From positions 844,882-908,881 of the forward strand of contig JBLDXI010000038.1 of NCBI GenBank assembly GCA_047495785.1: a stretch of 64,000 bases of DNA, in the 5' to 3' direction. Under the pieces are notes generated by a model that searched no databases, was not told where the DNA came from, and saw only the letters and a program-made list of their open reading frames with translations. The DNA comes from Lepidodermella squamata (lineage: Eukaryota > Animalia > Gastrotricha). Both the position numbers and the translations under genes were made by a program. Numbering within the stretch: position 1 is the stretch's first letter; every line of letters starts with the position of its first letter. This document shows, one piece after another, positions 28,108 to 42,554 of this stretch.

Positions 28108-29867
28108 TATATTATTGTATTGAAAAATAATGTCAAAAAGGATTTTTCGCGCATTTGCAAAGCTAGTATAATAAAGGCACCGATTTAACTCAAAGATGAG
28201 TCAACTGCGACATCATGGCAACAAACAAGCTGCAATGAGAAAGTGAAACTCTCAGCGCAGCTGGACATCATAAAACATTCCTTGAAAAGCACGTGCATAT
28301 ACGTCAGGCATGCACGAGCGCTCAAGTTCGATTTTTATGACATGAAATTCTTAAAGGGAATGGAAGTACTTGGTCCACTGATCCGGCAGTCGTAGAAGGC
28401 GGAAATTTTTAGGTATTAACGTCAAAGAACAAGATTGAATGATCAACAGCTTTGTATAAGCGGTCGGAATCGATGATGAGGGAGCAGTTCAAGCATCACG
28501 CACTATCACGTAAGGGCCGAGAAAGCCATTGAGCTGACATGCTCGTTTTGTATTTGTATAGAGACCGCAAAGCACTCAGTGACTGTGAGCATTTGAAGAT
28601 GCGTTCATCATAGCTTACCACAATAAACACTGCGTGGACGCAGTGAACAAAAGATTTCAATGACATTTTTGTCATCGCGGTAGCCGTCGCTTCAATACTT
28701 CTGAGAAACTTGACGCACACGTTTGCTACGTCGTTCCACGTTCTATCGGAGAGCGCCGGCAAAAAGCAAACCATAGCTAGAGTTAAAATAATTCAACGTT
28801 GCTTTACCTACCGGCATAGCAGCATCGCTGCATCACAGGCATTATATATATGCTCATTATTGTAACATAATAATGAGAAACTTCTCTGAATGTAATAGAA
28901 TGCTAAATATTGTCAATAAAATGAGAAGAGCGCACGAGGTGGGCAAGAAGGTGGGGTATTTTTCTTTCTCTTTCATTCTTCCCTTTCGTTCACTCTTTAT
29001 CTCCGATCATCCAAATGGTATCATATTTTCAGTTCGTTTTTGCCCTTTTTATTTGGGTGCTCGTACTTATCTATATTAATCAAGACGAGAGCATCTTTTA
29101 TCCTATCCATATGTCGTTTCCTGATATTCCCCTGGAGTTTCAGGAAGCTCAGGATTAGGCTACTGATGAAAGTTATTGATATGATGTAAAAACCAGCGAC
29201 CCGCATATTCGTGGGGAATAAAGTAAACCACCCTGTAAAATAAACAAAATTTTATTGCTGTTGCTCCTGAAACACAAAACAGTGGTTTTCACGAATACCA
29301 CAAACCGCGACTCTCACCGCACGTTTTAGAATACTTGGACGGTCTCATTGCGGGTCACACGGCTGAAGTATGCTTTTCTGGTCTGAGATGTATGAAACGT
29401 ATAGGCTGGAAAATTTAGTGGGAACTTGTGAGGCACTTCATGCATTATTCCTATTTTCAATCACTAGTCAACCAAAACAACTAAGAAACGAATTTGTGAT
29501 TTGCAAATGATGCAAATAATGCAAATAATGATAACAAACCAATCTAGTAAGTAATAGCAATGCAGTGAAACACAGCAAGTAATAAAAAGTGGAGTTTGCC
29601 AAACCAGGCTCGTCAGCCAACACCTGAGGAATCAGACACATTTACCTGGCCGCTGGGGTGGTTGTCCCGATGCGGTGGTTGAGCTTATAGTACCGGATTG
29701 TAGTTTGAAATTGCAATTTGAAATTTGGGCGGCTTGAATAGGCGCAAAAGCGGGGCGGGGCGTACCGGTCCTTCAACACGCCCGACCGATCTACACCGAA
29801 GAGAGAGCACGGCTTCGATGCCAACTTCTGGATATTTGCGACCTTAAGCGAGAAACTGCCGTGCTAT

Positions 29868-30152
29868 AAGGTGTTGGCCCGAGCGCGGCGGAGGACAATG
29901 AACAATGGGAACCAGTGCTTTGTCAGCGCTCGCGCGAGCCGCACTCGGGCCTCTGGAATCGGGCAACCGGATTTGGGTCGCCGGGCTTAGCTCATCCTGC
30001 AGCCAACGCCCAGCCCGCACCGTATTAGTCTCAAGGATAACTGTATCAAGACCCGCCCAAACCCGGCGGCCCAATTCCAGAGGCCCCAGTGCGGCTCGCG
30101 CGAGCGCGGAACAATAGCCACGGTTCCAATTGTTCTCCGCCGCCAACACCTT
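29868..30152. repeat. GC-rich imperfect palindrome
   Basis: Arms 29926-29977 / 30056-30107 closely complementary, extending outward to AAGGTGTTGGC / GCCAACACCTT. Confidence 0.85.
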
Positions 30153-30996
30153 GGCCGGCCCGTATGCGGTGAAGAGTTATTCTTTCGAATTAGTTAAATT
30201 TTTAGAAAACGTCGCATACGGGCATGTTTTAAAGCGACCCGAGCGCGGAATCGATGCTACCCGTCTGCGTGTGGGCCGGCCGGAGCACGCCCGGGCAGAA
30301 ATCAAGCAGAAATCAGGCAAAACCTTTTTTACCGCAGCTAAACAAACAACAACAACGAATTGTATTTAGACTCGAATAAATTAAAATTATGTGATGTTAT
30401 TCTTTTTGTGTTATATTTAGGTTCTTATAACCAACCCTGACAAGGGAAAAGCCGCTAAATGCTTTTTGTATCAGCCTAAACTGCAATTTTTTATTAAAGA
30501 AATCTCTCCGTATCTGGCTCGGATTCTTTGATTTCATCCCTGCGGTTTGCGGTCTCAGTTTTCCGGTGATGAGGATCTATCTAAGCGATTTTGAAGAGGA
30601 TTTGAGACCATCTTTAGGGGGCCAGATATCCTTATTTTCATCTCCACTGAGAAAAAGTTGGATCTGCAATACGAACGGAGTGGAACACCATGGCAAGATG
30701 GATTTTGAGTTTCTCGAAAGAGTTGAGAACTTTTGTTTGCGATCACGAGTCGTTTTATTGGGTTGTTATTTAGTGACGCGACGTTTCGGGGGTACATCGT
30801 CCCCGTTATTAAACTTCTCCGAATTGGAAAATCGATACGCATATCAGATCAGATAGTGTCGGTCGGAATTAAATAGCAACCGAATAATATTACTCTGGGT
30901 CACAAACCTGGCTTGTTAATTGTGTTTGGTTCCGAATCTACATGAAAAACCTACGATATACCCTCAGTAGTTTTATTTTTCGAATAAATCAGTTTG

Positions 30997-31530
30997 AATT
31001 TGATCTTACGCCCTCCGCCTAGCTGGCCAGAACGGTATCCCGTTAAAAGGTCGCAAAGCTATCTACAACAGCCTGGTGAACTTGCGACTCAGCTACTGCG
31101 ACGTAATACTCAGTGCTGGTTCCGCTGCTGCCAGGAAGACTCTTGTCAGAGCACAAGACAATGCCATCCGAGCGCTAATGATGAAGGACTATTCCAGTCG
31201 ACGATCTGCGCCGCCACCTGAAATGGCTCACTCTCACTGGAAGAAGGCACGTACACGAAACCAAGTTGGTACTCCAGTGCCTCCGTGACGAAGCGCCCGT
31301 CGAGCTAATCTAGCTATTCAAGCCAAAAAGGTCAACCCCGGACTCCGCAGTGCCGATAACGGTAGCCTCAAGGCCACGCAGTCCGACAGTGTCACCCAAG
31401 ATCTAACATTCTCCATTCGTGGCTCGAAGGCCTGGAGTCAGACCGGCCCCTTCATTCGTAAGCTCACTAGCTCGAAAGCCTGTCGCAAAGCCGCCTACCT
31501 ACAGCAATTCTTCATCGAGCAGGTATCTGA
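30997..31530 (+). mobile_element. Degenerate 3' fragment of a CR1/L2-group LINE
   Basis: Across frameshifts: KAIYNSLVNLRLSYCDVIL, RAQDNAIRAL, LRRHLKWLTL, QCLRDEAP, FSIRGSKAWS, SKACRKAA; similar ending to the 3090-3446 copy. Confidence 0.8.
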
Positions 31531-31851
31531 ATGGACCAAATAGATCATAGCTCTATTTTTATAATTTTTTTTGTATCCTATTGTGCCACTCTGCGCCTAA
31601 CACCGAATTATCGGCGACAGGTTTCTAACTCTTCAAACCGAAGCCCTGTTAAATCACCAGAATTGGTGTCAGGGTCTAACATCCATCCATCCATGATCTG
31701 TATCTCATTGAATTCGAAGCCACCCCAGAGAGGTAAGCTGGGGCTAAAACCAATACTTATAACTATAAATTTGAATAAATTGAAAGTTTACGCATGAAAT
31801 AGATGATTCGACGGTGATTTAAATGAAATGATTTTGTAATCTGCTGTTATT

Positions 31852-33857
31852 ATGATCACTGCAAATTCTAACGGAATCAATGGAAGCATAACATCTGTAG
31901 TTAACGGAAAAGGGAAAGATAAGAACTCTGAAAATGCCACCAAAAGGAACAAGATCCTTCGTGGTAACGGTGACAATTCCCAATGCCCCTTGCTGGACAG
32001 CAGCGGATCCCTTACTGGTGATGATGCTTTAATCAATCACCTGTTGCCCCCAGAGTTGTAAGTTATAAGTAATAATTTATTATTTCTGCAAATTATTGAC
32101 TTATCGCAGGATCCTTCGCATCTTCACGTATCTCGATGTCGTTTCGCTTTGTCGTTGCGCTCAAGTTTCTCGATTTTGGAACAGCTTAGCCACTGGTAAC
32201 ATTCGACTATAATTCGACTAAATGACCGCTGATTATACTTTTTAGATGGCGCTGTTTGGCAAAATGTCAATTTTTTTACATACCAGCGCGATGTCTCTCA
32301 AGAACTAGTGCAAAACATAGCCAACAGAAGCCGTGGCTTCCTTCGAATATTGTCTTTGGAAGGATGTAAACAGGTCTGTCTTGTCGCATGCGTTGTATCG
32401 CTTTTTACGCTGAAACCGATTGATATAGTGCACAGATAGCGCCATATTCGCTATAGCTCAACATTGCCGTCAATTGGTGGAATTGCGGTTGGATGAATGT
32501 TCCGGTATTACAGATGCAGCAATAAGTTATTACAAGTTATCGGTTTATTTCGCTGTTACTAAATTTTATTTTGAACAGGCGCCGTTGCTAGTAGCTGTTG
32601 TAATTTGATCGGCCTAAGCCTTGGATCATGTTCATCTCTTTCTGACTCTACCTTGGAAGCCCTCGCATCGTGCCAACAATTGAAGTTTTTAAACATCAGC
32701 TGGTGCAGCTTAATAACTGACGCCGGGTATAAATCGTTTACATGCACCACCCGATGAACTCAGTATTCATGATTTTTTTTTATATAGTTTGACATCTCTA
32801 GTTCGAGGATGTACATCGCTTCGCGTTTTGCGCTGTTGCGGGCTGAGCAGCATAACAAACGCTGCTGTCAAGGAGCTAGCAATTAATTGCCGTCAAATAA
32901 CCACGTTAAATCTCCAACTTTGCTCACAGATAACTGACGAAGCTGTCGTGGCTTTGGCAACATATTCTACTGAATTGGCTTGCTTGAATTTGATTGACTG
33001 CACAGCGATAACGGACACTGGTTTGATGCTGCCTTTAATATCGTGTCTTGAATTGAACTTTTTCTCAATTGAAAGCTCTGATTGCGCTTGGTGGTGGCGC
33101 TCCAACGGGAGGTGGCTGCCCGCAGTTGCGAATTCTTGAATTGGCCAAGTGTTCCCAAATATCAGGTAGGCTATTGATTTATATTTAGTTTTAAATTGTT
33201 TACATCTCTCATCTGATAACCCTGATATAGATAATGGAATAGCCAGTTTAGCTCGAGGGTGCCATTTGCTTGAGCGCCTTGATTTGGTAAATATATACTT
33301 TTTTGCGACAAGTACGATTATTGACATAAATGCCCATAATAGGAGGATTGCTCTCTATTGACCGACGCAGCTCTTTCAGTTCTAGCGGCTAATTGTCCGC
33401 GGCTCACCGCCCTGCTTTTGGGTCACTGCGAGCTAATAACTGATGATGGCCTAAGACAGCTCCTGTTCGCCCAGTTGGAACAATTGCAGGATTTAGGTTG
33501 TTGTTATTTTTCCTGTTCAGAGTGGCTTCGTGTTACTACGAAATTTTTACAGCCGTTGACAACTGTCCTCTTGTAACCGACGCTTCTTTGGGTAAACCCT
33601 GGTCATTGCCGTCATTGACGATATTTTTACTTTATATTTGTTCCTCAGCACAATTGGAATCATCGACTGCTTTCCCGGCCCTGCGCAAACTCGATTTGTA
33701 CGACTGTCAGCACGTTACGCGGGCTGGCATCAAAAAGCTGAAACAGCGCCGCTCGACGCTGATAGTTCAAGCTTATTTCGCACCCCCAACTCCGGATCAT
33801 CAAAATCACCCTCGCCCCACGCCGCGTCGCCGCTGCCGATGTTGCACTATCGCTTAA
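31852..33857 (+). CDS. FBXL20: F-box/LRR protein, FBXL2/FBXL20 family
   Basis: F-box LLPPELILRIFTYLDVVSLCRCAQVSRFWN; Cys-containing LRRs; VDNCPLVTD; LDLYDCQHVTRAGIKKL; VQAYFAP; C-terminal CAAX-like CTIA. Confidence 0.93.
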
Positions 33858-35480
33858 TTGTTGTTGCATGCTTTCAAGTCACAATTAGGCTACGGTGTAA
33901 CTTCACCTCGTTAACCAATCAACTATAATTTGCAATTTTCGTGTTTTGTGCGGACATTCCGCTCTTACTCAGCCAGGGCTCTTACTGAGGGCGGTAGGAT
34001 CAACCAAGTTGGCTCCAATTGTATGTACCATAATCTACCATCTTGTTCTAGTCTTGATTTGCAAGGTGGTTGTTAATAACCTATTTCATACGAGAAGTAA
34101 TTTACAGGTTACAACGCTTCAGTGTCGAACACATTTGCTTTGTTGCCTAAACTTGTTATACGCTTATGCATGATTTAACTCCACTGAATTTCTTTCCGCT
34201 ACTCTGGTTGAAACCAGATGAAAAATTCGCGATTTAATCATGTCTTCACAATATATAGCGCCGTATCAACTCCGAGATTCATCATTTAGCTCACGATGGC
34301 TGGCAGTAATAATAGCGCAAAGTTTACGCAATGCGTGTTGATTTAGGCGCGTTTTATAATTAACAGCTAACAGCTACTAATTGACAGCGGATGGCAATTT
34401 TCAGCACAGCTTTTTTGATCGTTCTTATATTTTTATTGTTCACGTAATGATGGAGCGATTTGTTGCTGTAAACTTGTTTGATAGATTTTAATTAATCTCA
34501 AAAATAATGAACCATCTGTGTTGTTTTCATCTAAACAGGAAACTCAGCTAATAAAATATATCATTTTGTTAAAGCCATGCGTTGTTTTCATTCAAGAGTT
34601 CAAGATCAAGATCCTCTATATACATATCTTTAATTCTTTACTTTTTTACTTCATTATAAAAGCATTGCTATGCGTGATTATCAAAGGCCGGAACAGTTAA
34701 TGTTTAATTTTAAAGGTGTTTTTTAACTTTCGTGTACTTTTTTGAAGTGGAAAATTGACTTGATCGTAATAAACTCGGCTGGTCGCGTAAAAAAACCACG
34801 GGTCGCGTCTAATTACAACCGCATTTTTATTAAATCAACCGTGAGGGTTGGGAACCATCCCACCATTTTATTTATTTATTTATGAGCATTAATATTCAAG
34901 GGGTGTAGGACATTGATAACTTGGAAACTGACATAACTCGTCGAGATCATGTCCCAGAAAAATCAGTAAGTTCGCAACAACCCTCGCAGTTCATGAGTTG
35001 CACAGGGTTTTCAAAGTAGCGTTAAAATTGAAAAAGTGCGGTAAAAATTCGAAAAACTAATCGAAAACAATTTCACCGTTTCTACAGCTACATTCGAATG
35101 TTTATACAGGGAAATTAATTTTCGGATATCCGCAAAATATTGGTACCACCTTGTAGAGCATGAAATTCTGAGTAAAACGAGGTTAGACACTTGGGGTCTC
35201 AAACCTAACGGGTCGGCTGGGGATGGGCTCAAATAGAAAAAATGCCTCGGGACCACCGAAGTTGCGCAATTTTGGGCAATTTCGGGGGTCTTGGTCCGCG
35301 GCAAATCACTATTTCCTTTTCAAAAAATTTACATTAAAATTTTTTTTCCTCAGATAATGAAAACAAAATAATAAATAAAAATTCAAAGGGCGATTTTGGT
35401 GACCTGCGAATATCCGAATAGCACCGCCAACTTTTTAGTGCAACTCACCCATTGACAGAAATAAACGTTCGAAAAAATCA

Positions 35481-36045
35481 CCGTCAAACGGGGCGACTTT
35501 CGCATCTCAGAGGTATCAGGATAAAGACCCCTTGAGTGGGATACCGTTGGAAAGCCCAAGGAAAGACCAACTGGAATGACTGGAATACCTTGAACATACC
35601 TTAGCCCTTCACAATACCTGGTGATTATAAACACTGGAAAAGTTGAGAAAAAAATACAATTTTCGGCAGAATTTAGATGACTCCAAAGTCGACCAGGTGT
35701 GATCAAAATGAAAAAACCTTGTCCTTTTCAAGCAGCCCCCGGCACAAGCTATCCAGCGGTAGCCGCCTTTCCACCTGCGGTTTGAGTTGGGGCAAAGTCA
35801 CCTCATCTGCATTTAAACCATACTCAGGGTCACTTTGCCACCCTTCCACGTCATTTATTAAGTTAAATACGGCTGAAACGGTTCCACAGCGTATATAATT
35901 TAAGGCGCCATCATTAGGGCTTTCCAATTGACATCCTACTTGACATGTATCATGCCTGAGAAAATGACATCGTGTGTGATCTATACTCGATCGAAAAAAC
36001 CTATGGCAATGTCACCCCATTGGCTAAAGTCACCCCGTTTGACGG
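35481..36045. mobile_element. pogo/Tc1-mariner-like MITE
   Basis: TIRs CCGTCAAACGGGGYGACTTT(C/A)GC at 35481-35503 and 36023-36045; TA on right flank, CA on left; internal copies of the AAAGTCACC motif. Confidence 0.7.
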
Positions 36046-36717
36046 TATTGTTCTATTGATAGCTTCTTGTCTAAAACCAGATCAAGGAGCGTAGTGGAAG
36101 TTTTTTCTTCTTCGTCGCGATCTGTTGCCCTCACGTCTTCGTCGTTTCCATTGTCTTTTCTTCGACGGCAACGAAAGCGAGCGTAGGTGAAGGTGGTGTC
36201 GACTCTCATCTTCGGGTCCATCGACACCCGATAAGCTAGAGCCTCGCGTTATTCTCGCCAGCGTCATTGTTGAAGTGCTGCCGATAATTGGCATACACTG
36301 GCATACCGAAGTTATGTGCTCTTCAACAACCTATTCTTTATATCTTTATTTCTTTACTTCTTTATTCTCTTTACGTCTTTATCTCTTTACGTCTTTATAA
36401 GAGCGTCGCAGCTCGGCCCGCTCGAATTTCGCGCTGCGCGCGCGCGTTACCCGCGATTTTCGGCGGGGTGAGAAAATTCCAATTTGTTTTATTAATGGAA
36501 AATATTTTGCGATACGCAGAATGCGAAAACGGCAAACAGCTGCCGACAACTATCATATAACCAACTTTTGAACGCGCCTATGCGCTTTTCAAACAAAGTG
36601 TAACCTCCGACTTCTGAAACGGCTACGAATATCTATGGTACTCTGCACGGAAACTAGCGGCTGCACTTTTTCTTTTTTTCTTTTGTGTAAAGCTTCCAAC
36701 CTGGATGTCATGCTCTT

Positions 36718-37000
36718 TAAATAAATAAATAAATAAATAAATAATCGTCAGCAAATGTGTAGGTTTCTGGAGGTGCTATGCCTCTCAGTCGTTCGATGTT
36801 TGATAACCGATCTGCTAATATCGGCGTAGAAAACTAGCCAGAGAGGGGGTCCCAGGAGACTACCCTGGCAGATTCCGGCTTCCTCGGGCCGAATGCTAGA
36901 TCCAGCCCCTGATACCAGAACTCTAAAGAAGCGATTTGAAAGAAATGAGCGTATCAATTCGCGAACTCGCCCCTGTATTCCCGCTTTCCAGAGAATATCC
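36718..37000 (-). mobile_element. Non-LTR retrotransposon reverse transcriptase fragment ending in (ATTT)n
   Basis: GIQGRVRELIRSFLSNRFFRV; GICQGSLLGPPLWLVFYAD; frameshifted YTFADD catalytic motif immediately before the microsatellite. Confidence 0.88.
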
Positions 37001-38164
37001 GGTAGCCGGTAGTAGCCTTCGGTCGACCCTGCCGAACGTCCCGCTGACGTCCGTTTGTCGCAGAGTAAATTCCTTTCTGCTGTAGTTTGCTGAAATCGCA
37101 TCGATGACGACGGAAAGTTGAATGTCGGAACAAGGGTCATGGCCTACATTTTCCCGTCAAGAGTTCAGCGCTACGTCGCGTCTATGACGTTTAATTAATG
37201 AACTTTGGGAGCTTCAAGAATTGGATCCAAATATCGTATCTCACAGTATATTTTTGGCAGTTAACGTGTTTACCACACAAACACACAGAAACCGCATCGA
37301 TGGTTCGCAACTTGCTTAAATAGCTTGCTAAATTGTAAAGCTTGCCTTCTTTCTGAATTTTAACAATTTCTTACTTGCTTTTTTGTAAAGCTTGCCTATT
37401 AGAGACACCTAAGGATTTACGATTGTTTGAGCGATACGACATTCTTCAGCGGCCGCTTGCTCTCTGTCGGTTGTCATCGAAGCTTTGAAGATTCAAAAAA
37501 TTGTTGCCATTGATAATCAAGTTTTATTATATTTTGTTTTAATATTTACTAGGTATTACATTTAATGAGAGCCTAGAAAGTGGGGTGGCTTGCTTATTAA
37601 TTGCCAGTCTTGCTCAGAGAGTGCACATTTGCCTGCATATGTATCTTGTATCTTTTATCTAGATCAAATGCTGGCTGCACTGCCACTGATATTTTAAATT
37701 GTAAAATATTTCCACTTTTGATGGGTGCAGATTTCCGTTCCGTTGAAGAATAATCGTCATTTATGAGAAATTAAACAATTTTGCATGCACCATGCATGCC
37801 TCGTAACCGTTTTTTATAAGTAATGAATGTCAGTGCATGAGGTTATACGTAACGCCTTCCTAGCAATTTTAATCAGCGGGCAGATTTTTCGTCAAGCCGG
37901 TCTCATGATTGAACTACCTGTCAAATTCAGTAAGATCAACACATTATTTCCGGCGATATCCAGTCTACATTCGGCGCGGCACACTGAATCCAAATGAAAG
38001 AATTTCAAAAATATTGTTGAGGTTTTCAAACCGGTAAATTGATAGGAAGTACAAACTCGAGAAAATAAAACTGCTGTAATTTATCACGTATCTTTATTTT
38101 ATCTTCAGCCATAAACTTTTTTCCGCTGCACTATTAAATTCGCGATCTCTCTTTCGGCAGTTTT

Positions 38165-39166
38165 CTACCACTCAGGATTGCCACCAGCCGCCCACTCCGT
38201 GCTGGTCGATGCACCCCATTCAGCTCCAGTGTCTTCTTTGGTCGCTGGAACCGCTCCAGTCCATTGCAACGAACCTCCGGCTTCAACAGCACGGCCGGCA
38301 GCTCCACCAATCGCACCTCCCCAGTCGGCGGCGCCCATGTCAGCGGCACCGGCGGTCTTGGCAGCAGCAGCATCAGCCGCAGCATCTCCAAGAGCGCGCG
38401 CCTGCGCCTGAGCCTGAGCTGCTTGCGCCTGATCTTCAGTTTCGCGGCAGAAGAACAAGTCGGGCATGACGTCCCAAGGGGTATCACGGCGGATGGTACC
38501 GCGAATCCGCTGGACCTCACGAGCCAACATCCACCACATTAAACCGACGGCATGGGGCGAGTTTGTGTTGCAAGGAATAGCAATGTCAATGAAGTTGACC
38601 TTGCAGTCGGTGTTCACGAACGCGATAACGGGAATGTTGGCGTAAGCAGCCTCGTTAATGGGCTGGTGGTCGGTACGCGGATCATTGATAATGAGAAGAC
38701 CGGGTTCCTTGAACACAGCTTGGATCTGATTGGTGAATGTTCCCGGGGTGAAGCGGCCAGCGAAAGTGGTAGCACCAGTGTAGCGAGCAAACTTCAGGAC
38801 AGCGCGCTTTACGAACGGAAATAAAATAGCTACTTAAATACACGAAAATTAACAGCAAACAAACCTGTCCGTATTTGTGGGTGGAGACAGCACACACATC
38901 GGCGGCATTCTTGACGGCGGCGATGGCACGAGCGGCCAAGAGCAGCTTCTCCCAAGTCTTGCGAAGATTGATGATGTGGAAGCCTGTGAATATCTCTTAG
39001 AATGAACAAATTTTTTCAAGTTAAAGGTATAACCAGCGCTATTCCGCTTATAAACGTATTGTTCCATATGGAAGTCGAGGTTGCGAGTGCCGAGATGCGC
39101 GCTGGCGGCCAGCATGCTGACGGCATCTTGCTTGGTCAGTTGCAAAACATCGTAACTGCCAGACAT
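38165..39166 (-). CDS. RPSA: 40S ribosomal protein SA (uS2)
   Basis: MEQYVYKR; [17 protein letters not shown]; [14 protein letters not shown]; DPRTDHQP; IDIAIPCN; [12 protein letters not shown]; two short introns. Confidence 0.98.
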
Positions 39167-40068
39167 CTTAACAAGTTGCGACTAAAAAAAGAAGATATTG
39201 CTTTAGTAATGATCATTTTCAGCCATTAAAAGCCATAGTTTTCTTTATTTGATCGACGAAAACTACTAGTGTTGTCGATAGACTGCACCGTATCATTCGA
39301 CAGGGGTCAAGATTGATTGTATGTAGCGAAGAACGCGGGGCAACGCAGAGTAATTACTTACCAACCAGGCATTATTTACGGGAATTTCGAGCGTTCTTTA
39401 CAATATTTAACCTCACAGGCCAATTTTATGACAAGCGCGATGGAGAGACGGGCACTTTTGGCTGCCTTAGGCTGGGGTGTATATTTCTAGTTCGCACAGG
39501 CGTTCGATACAAGCATGATTCACAGTGATATGGCCGTAACAATATACCAGGTTGAACACCGTTATCAGTTATTGCATTAATTGTTATTTATAAGTAGAGA
39601 CGAAAAACATGCGATTGCTCAATTGAAATTTATATCAGCAGTAAGTAAATATGGTATATAACAAATATCATAGGAATAAGAGCAGCAGTAATTATGAATA
39701 TTTCAATCACCTTTAATTCATTTCATATCATGACTTGCCGCCAAAAAGAGGACTTTTAAGCAAAGTGTGATTACATCCACGAGACCAGCCATTGGAATGA
39801 GAGGATAACAACGCCGTAAGAGATAAATAACAGATGAATATAATAAATACGCAGTGGGGAACATTTTCCCATTCATCACATTAAAGCTATACCAGTCACA
39901 ACAATCCATATCCTTTAGTCTTACATGAAATAATTTACCAAGCTTGCAGCTTGAAATTACGGCATTCCACGGGTCAATATAAACATGCAACCACAATATA
40001 ATAAGATGTTCGAGTATAGTTTATTCGGTAATATTGATAATATGCATCAGTTTCACATAAATCGATAA

Positions 40069-40814
40069 TTACGCAGGAAGGACCAACTTCTTACGGTCGT
40101 AAATTACTATAAAAAAAAATCAAATTCTATACATGTTATCTAATGACATTAACGTTACCTTTCTTGATGTAAAGATAGAAGAAGTCGCAGTATAGAATTG
40201 TCTGCACAACGCCAGCAATCACTGCAATCAGATCGATATGGTCTTCTACAGCATAGCGGTAAGCCCAATTAAAGATGTATAGCGCACGGTACAACCCGAG
40301 AAAAAATAAGTAATGAGTCGTGATCGTCTCAGCTTCCCCGGTTTTTGAAAGCATGAACAGCTGAGGCATGATGGCGACAGCTTCCAGGTAAATTGAAAAA
40401 GTCCAGAAAACCTGACATCATCAGTCAAAAATGAGAGAGTTGCAGGTCAAAAAGGTCACTTACTTCAACGACTGCGAACTGGTGATTAATCAGCAAGGCC
40501 AGAGCGACAGCAGGAAGCAGCAAAAATTCGATTCTAAATGTGTCCTGGCTGCGCTGATAGGTGGAACGGAATTTGAAATACAAGAGGTACAAGGTAGCGA
40601 ACGTTGCTGCCAGGTACAACATCTTCATCACGGAATTGTAAAGCGAAATGAAAACCAGGAACAGATCCAAATATCGGGTAGAGAATACGAGAGCGAACAT
40701 GATTTGGCTCTTTCCAGAAAGTCCAGCCACTGAGCGTGAACGCCAAATTTTCCAAAGCAAGAGGAGGATTGCCACCAAATGCGACATATCCCCAGCAAGT
40801 CGGAAGATATTCAT
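40069..40814 (-). CDS. KDELR: ER lumen protein-retaining (KDEL) receptor
   Basis: [13 protein letters not shown]; SGKSQ; TRYLDLF; DTFRIEFL; [30 protein letters not shown]; [12 protein letters not shown]; 3 exons ending KKLVLPA. Confidence 0.98.
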
Positions 40815-41887
40815 TTTAAGGTCGCAATATTCCCTATACCTTATGATAAATAAATAATAAATATACGCATTTCAGCGCATAGATTGAAACAGGCACTGAA
40901 ATAATAGATTGGATCCATAACAACTAGACGAAAGAAGGACACAACGCGCTAAGTTTCACCATGATCCATGATCGCGATGGGAGCCGGAGGAAACCAAGTC
41001 AGCTAAAGCAGGACCCAGGCCACATGACTGCCGGCTGACAGACGTTCGACTGACTGATAAAAAATGGAGGCAAGATACAGGCCGAAGAATTATACAATAA
41101 AAAATTTTAATAATAAAAATATTGTCATATATTTTTATATATGTCAAAGTTATCAAAGAGAATGAACGCACGCGACCTTGGAGCAGCTTTTTTGCGCTTG
41201 CTCTCAACGGAAGAAAGCAAAAACACGTAACACCCTTGTAAATATGGCGGGAGAGAGGGCGGGAGAGATTCAGCCAGTGCTTTTGAATACTTGATGTGAA
41301 TTATTTCTTTCTGAAAAATTCGGAAGTTTTTAAATTCTAGCAATATTGTGTTTCCCCAATTTGATAAAGTCATGATTCACCTTTCACCTCCTGATCTTCT
41401 TCAATATCTATCCTTCATGAACATTGGAAATTCGTAAATTGTTTATATCCATTCTTTATCCTATGTCGTCAGGCTTTATGCTGCAGGTTTTTCATGCGAA
41501 GCTCGTAAACTGTTGTAATATCGAAAATAGATTGCGTTCTGTCTTCTGCCGTGTTCTACTTCGCTTTCTGCCCTGCTTCTTCAGTTACCAATCGCCAATC
41601 ATCGTCTGCTATTAATGTATAAAAAATTATCATATGTCATGATTCATGATAAGCTTATTCTTTATTTGATCAGCATTTATCTAATTTAGCATTTAGCCAA
41701 TTTCGCCACGTAATCACCTGCAATTTCTCAGTTAATCCTTATGACTTGAGGCTTGAGTATCTGCAGCGGAACGGGGAACGGTGTTCAATTATTGGTAATT
41801 GATTGGATGTGTGAATGATTTTGAAAATAATTGAAGAATGAAATTACAATTTAGCCCATTTTTAAGGCTAATCGTTTTAAGAAATAG

Positions 41888-42554
<667 letters not shown>

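Noticed and set aside
29637-29760. ACATTTACCTGG resembling the U1 snRNA 5' end
   Set aside because: No U1-70K loop (GATCACGAAG) or U1A loop (ATTGCAC); better read as a minus-strand splice donor
35383-36294. Minus-strand ORFs suggesting a spliced gene
   Set aside because: No recognisable protein; they overlap a TIR-bounded MITE
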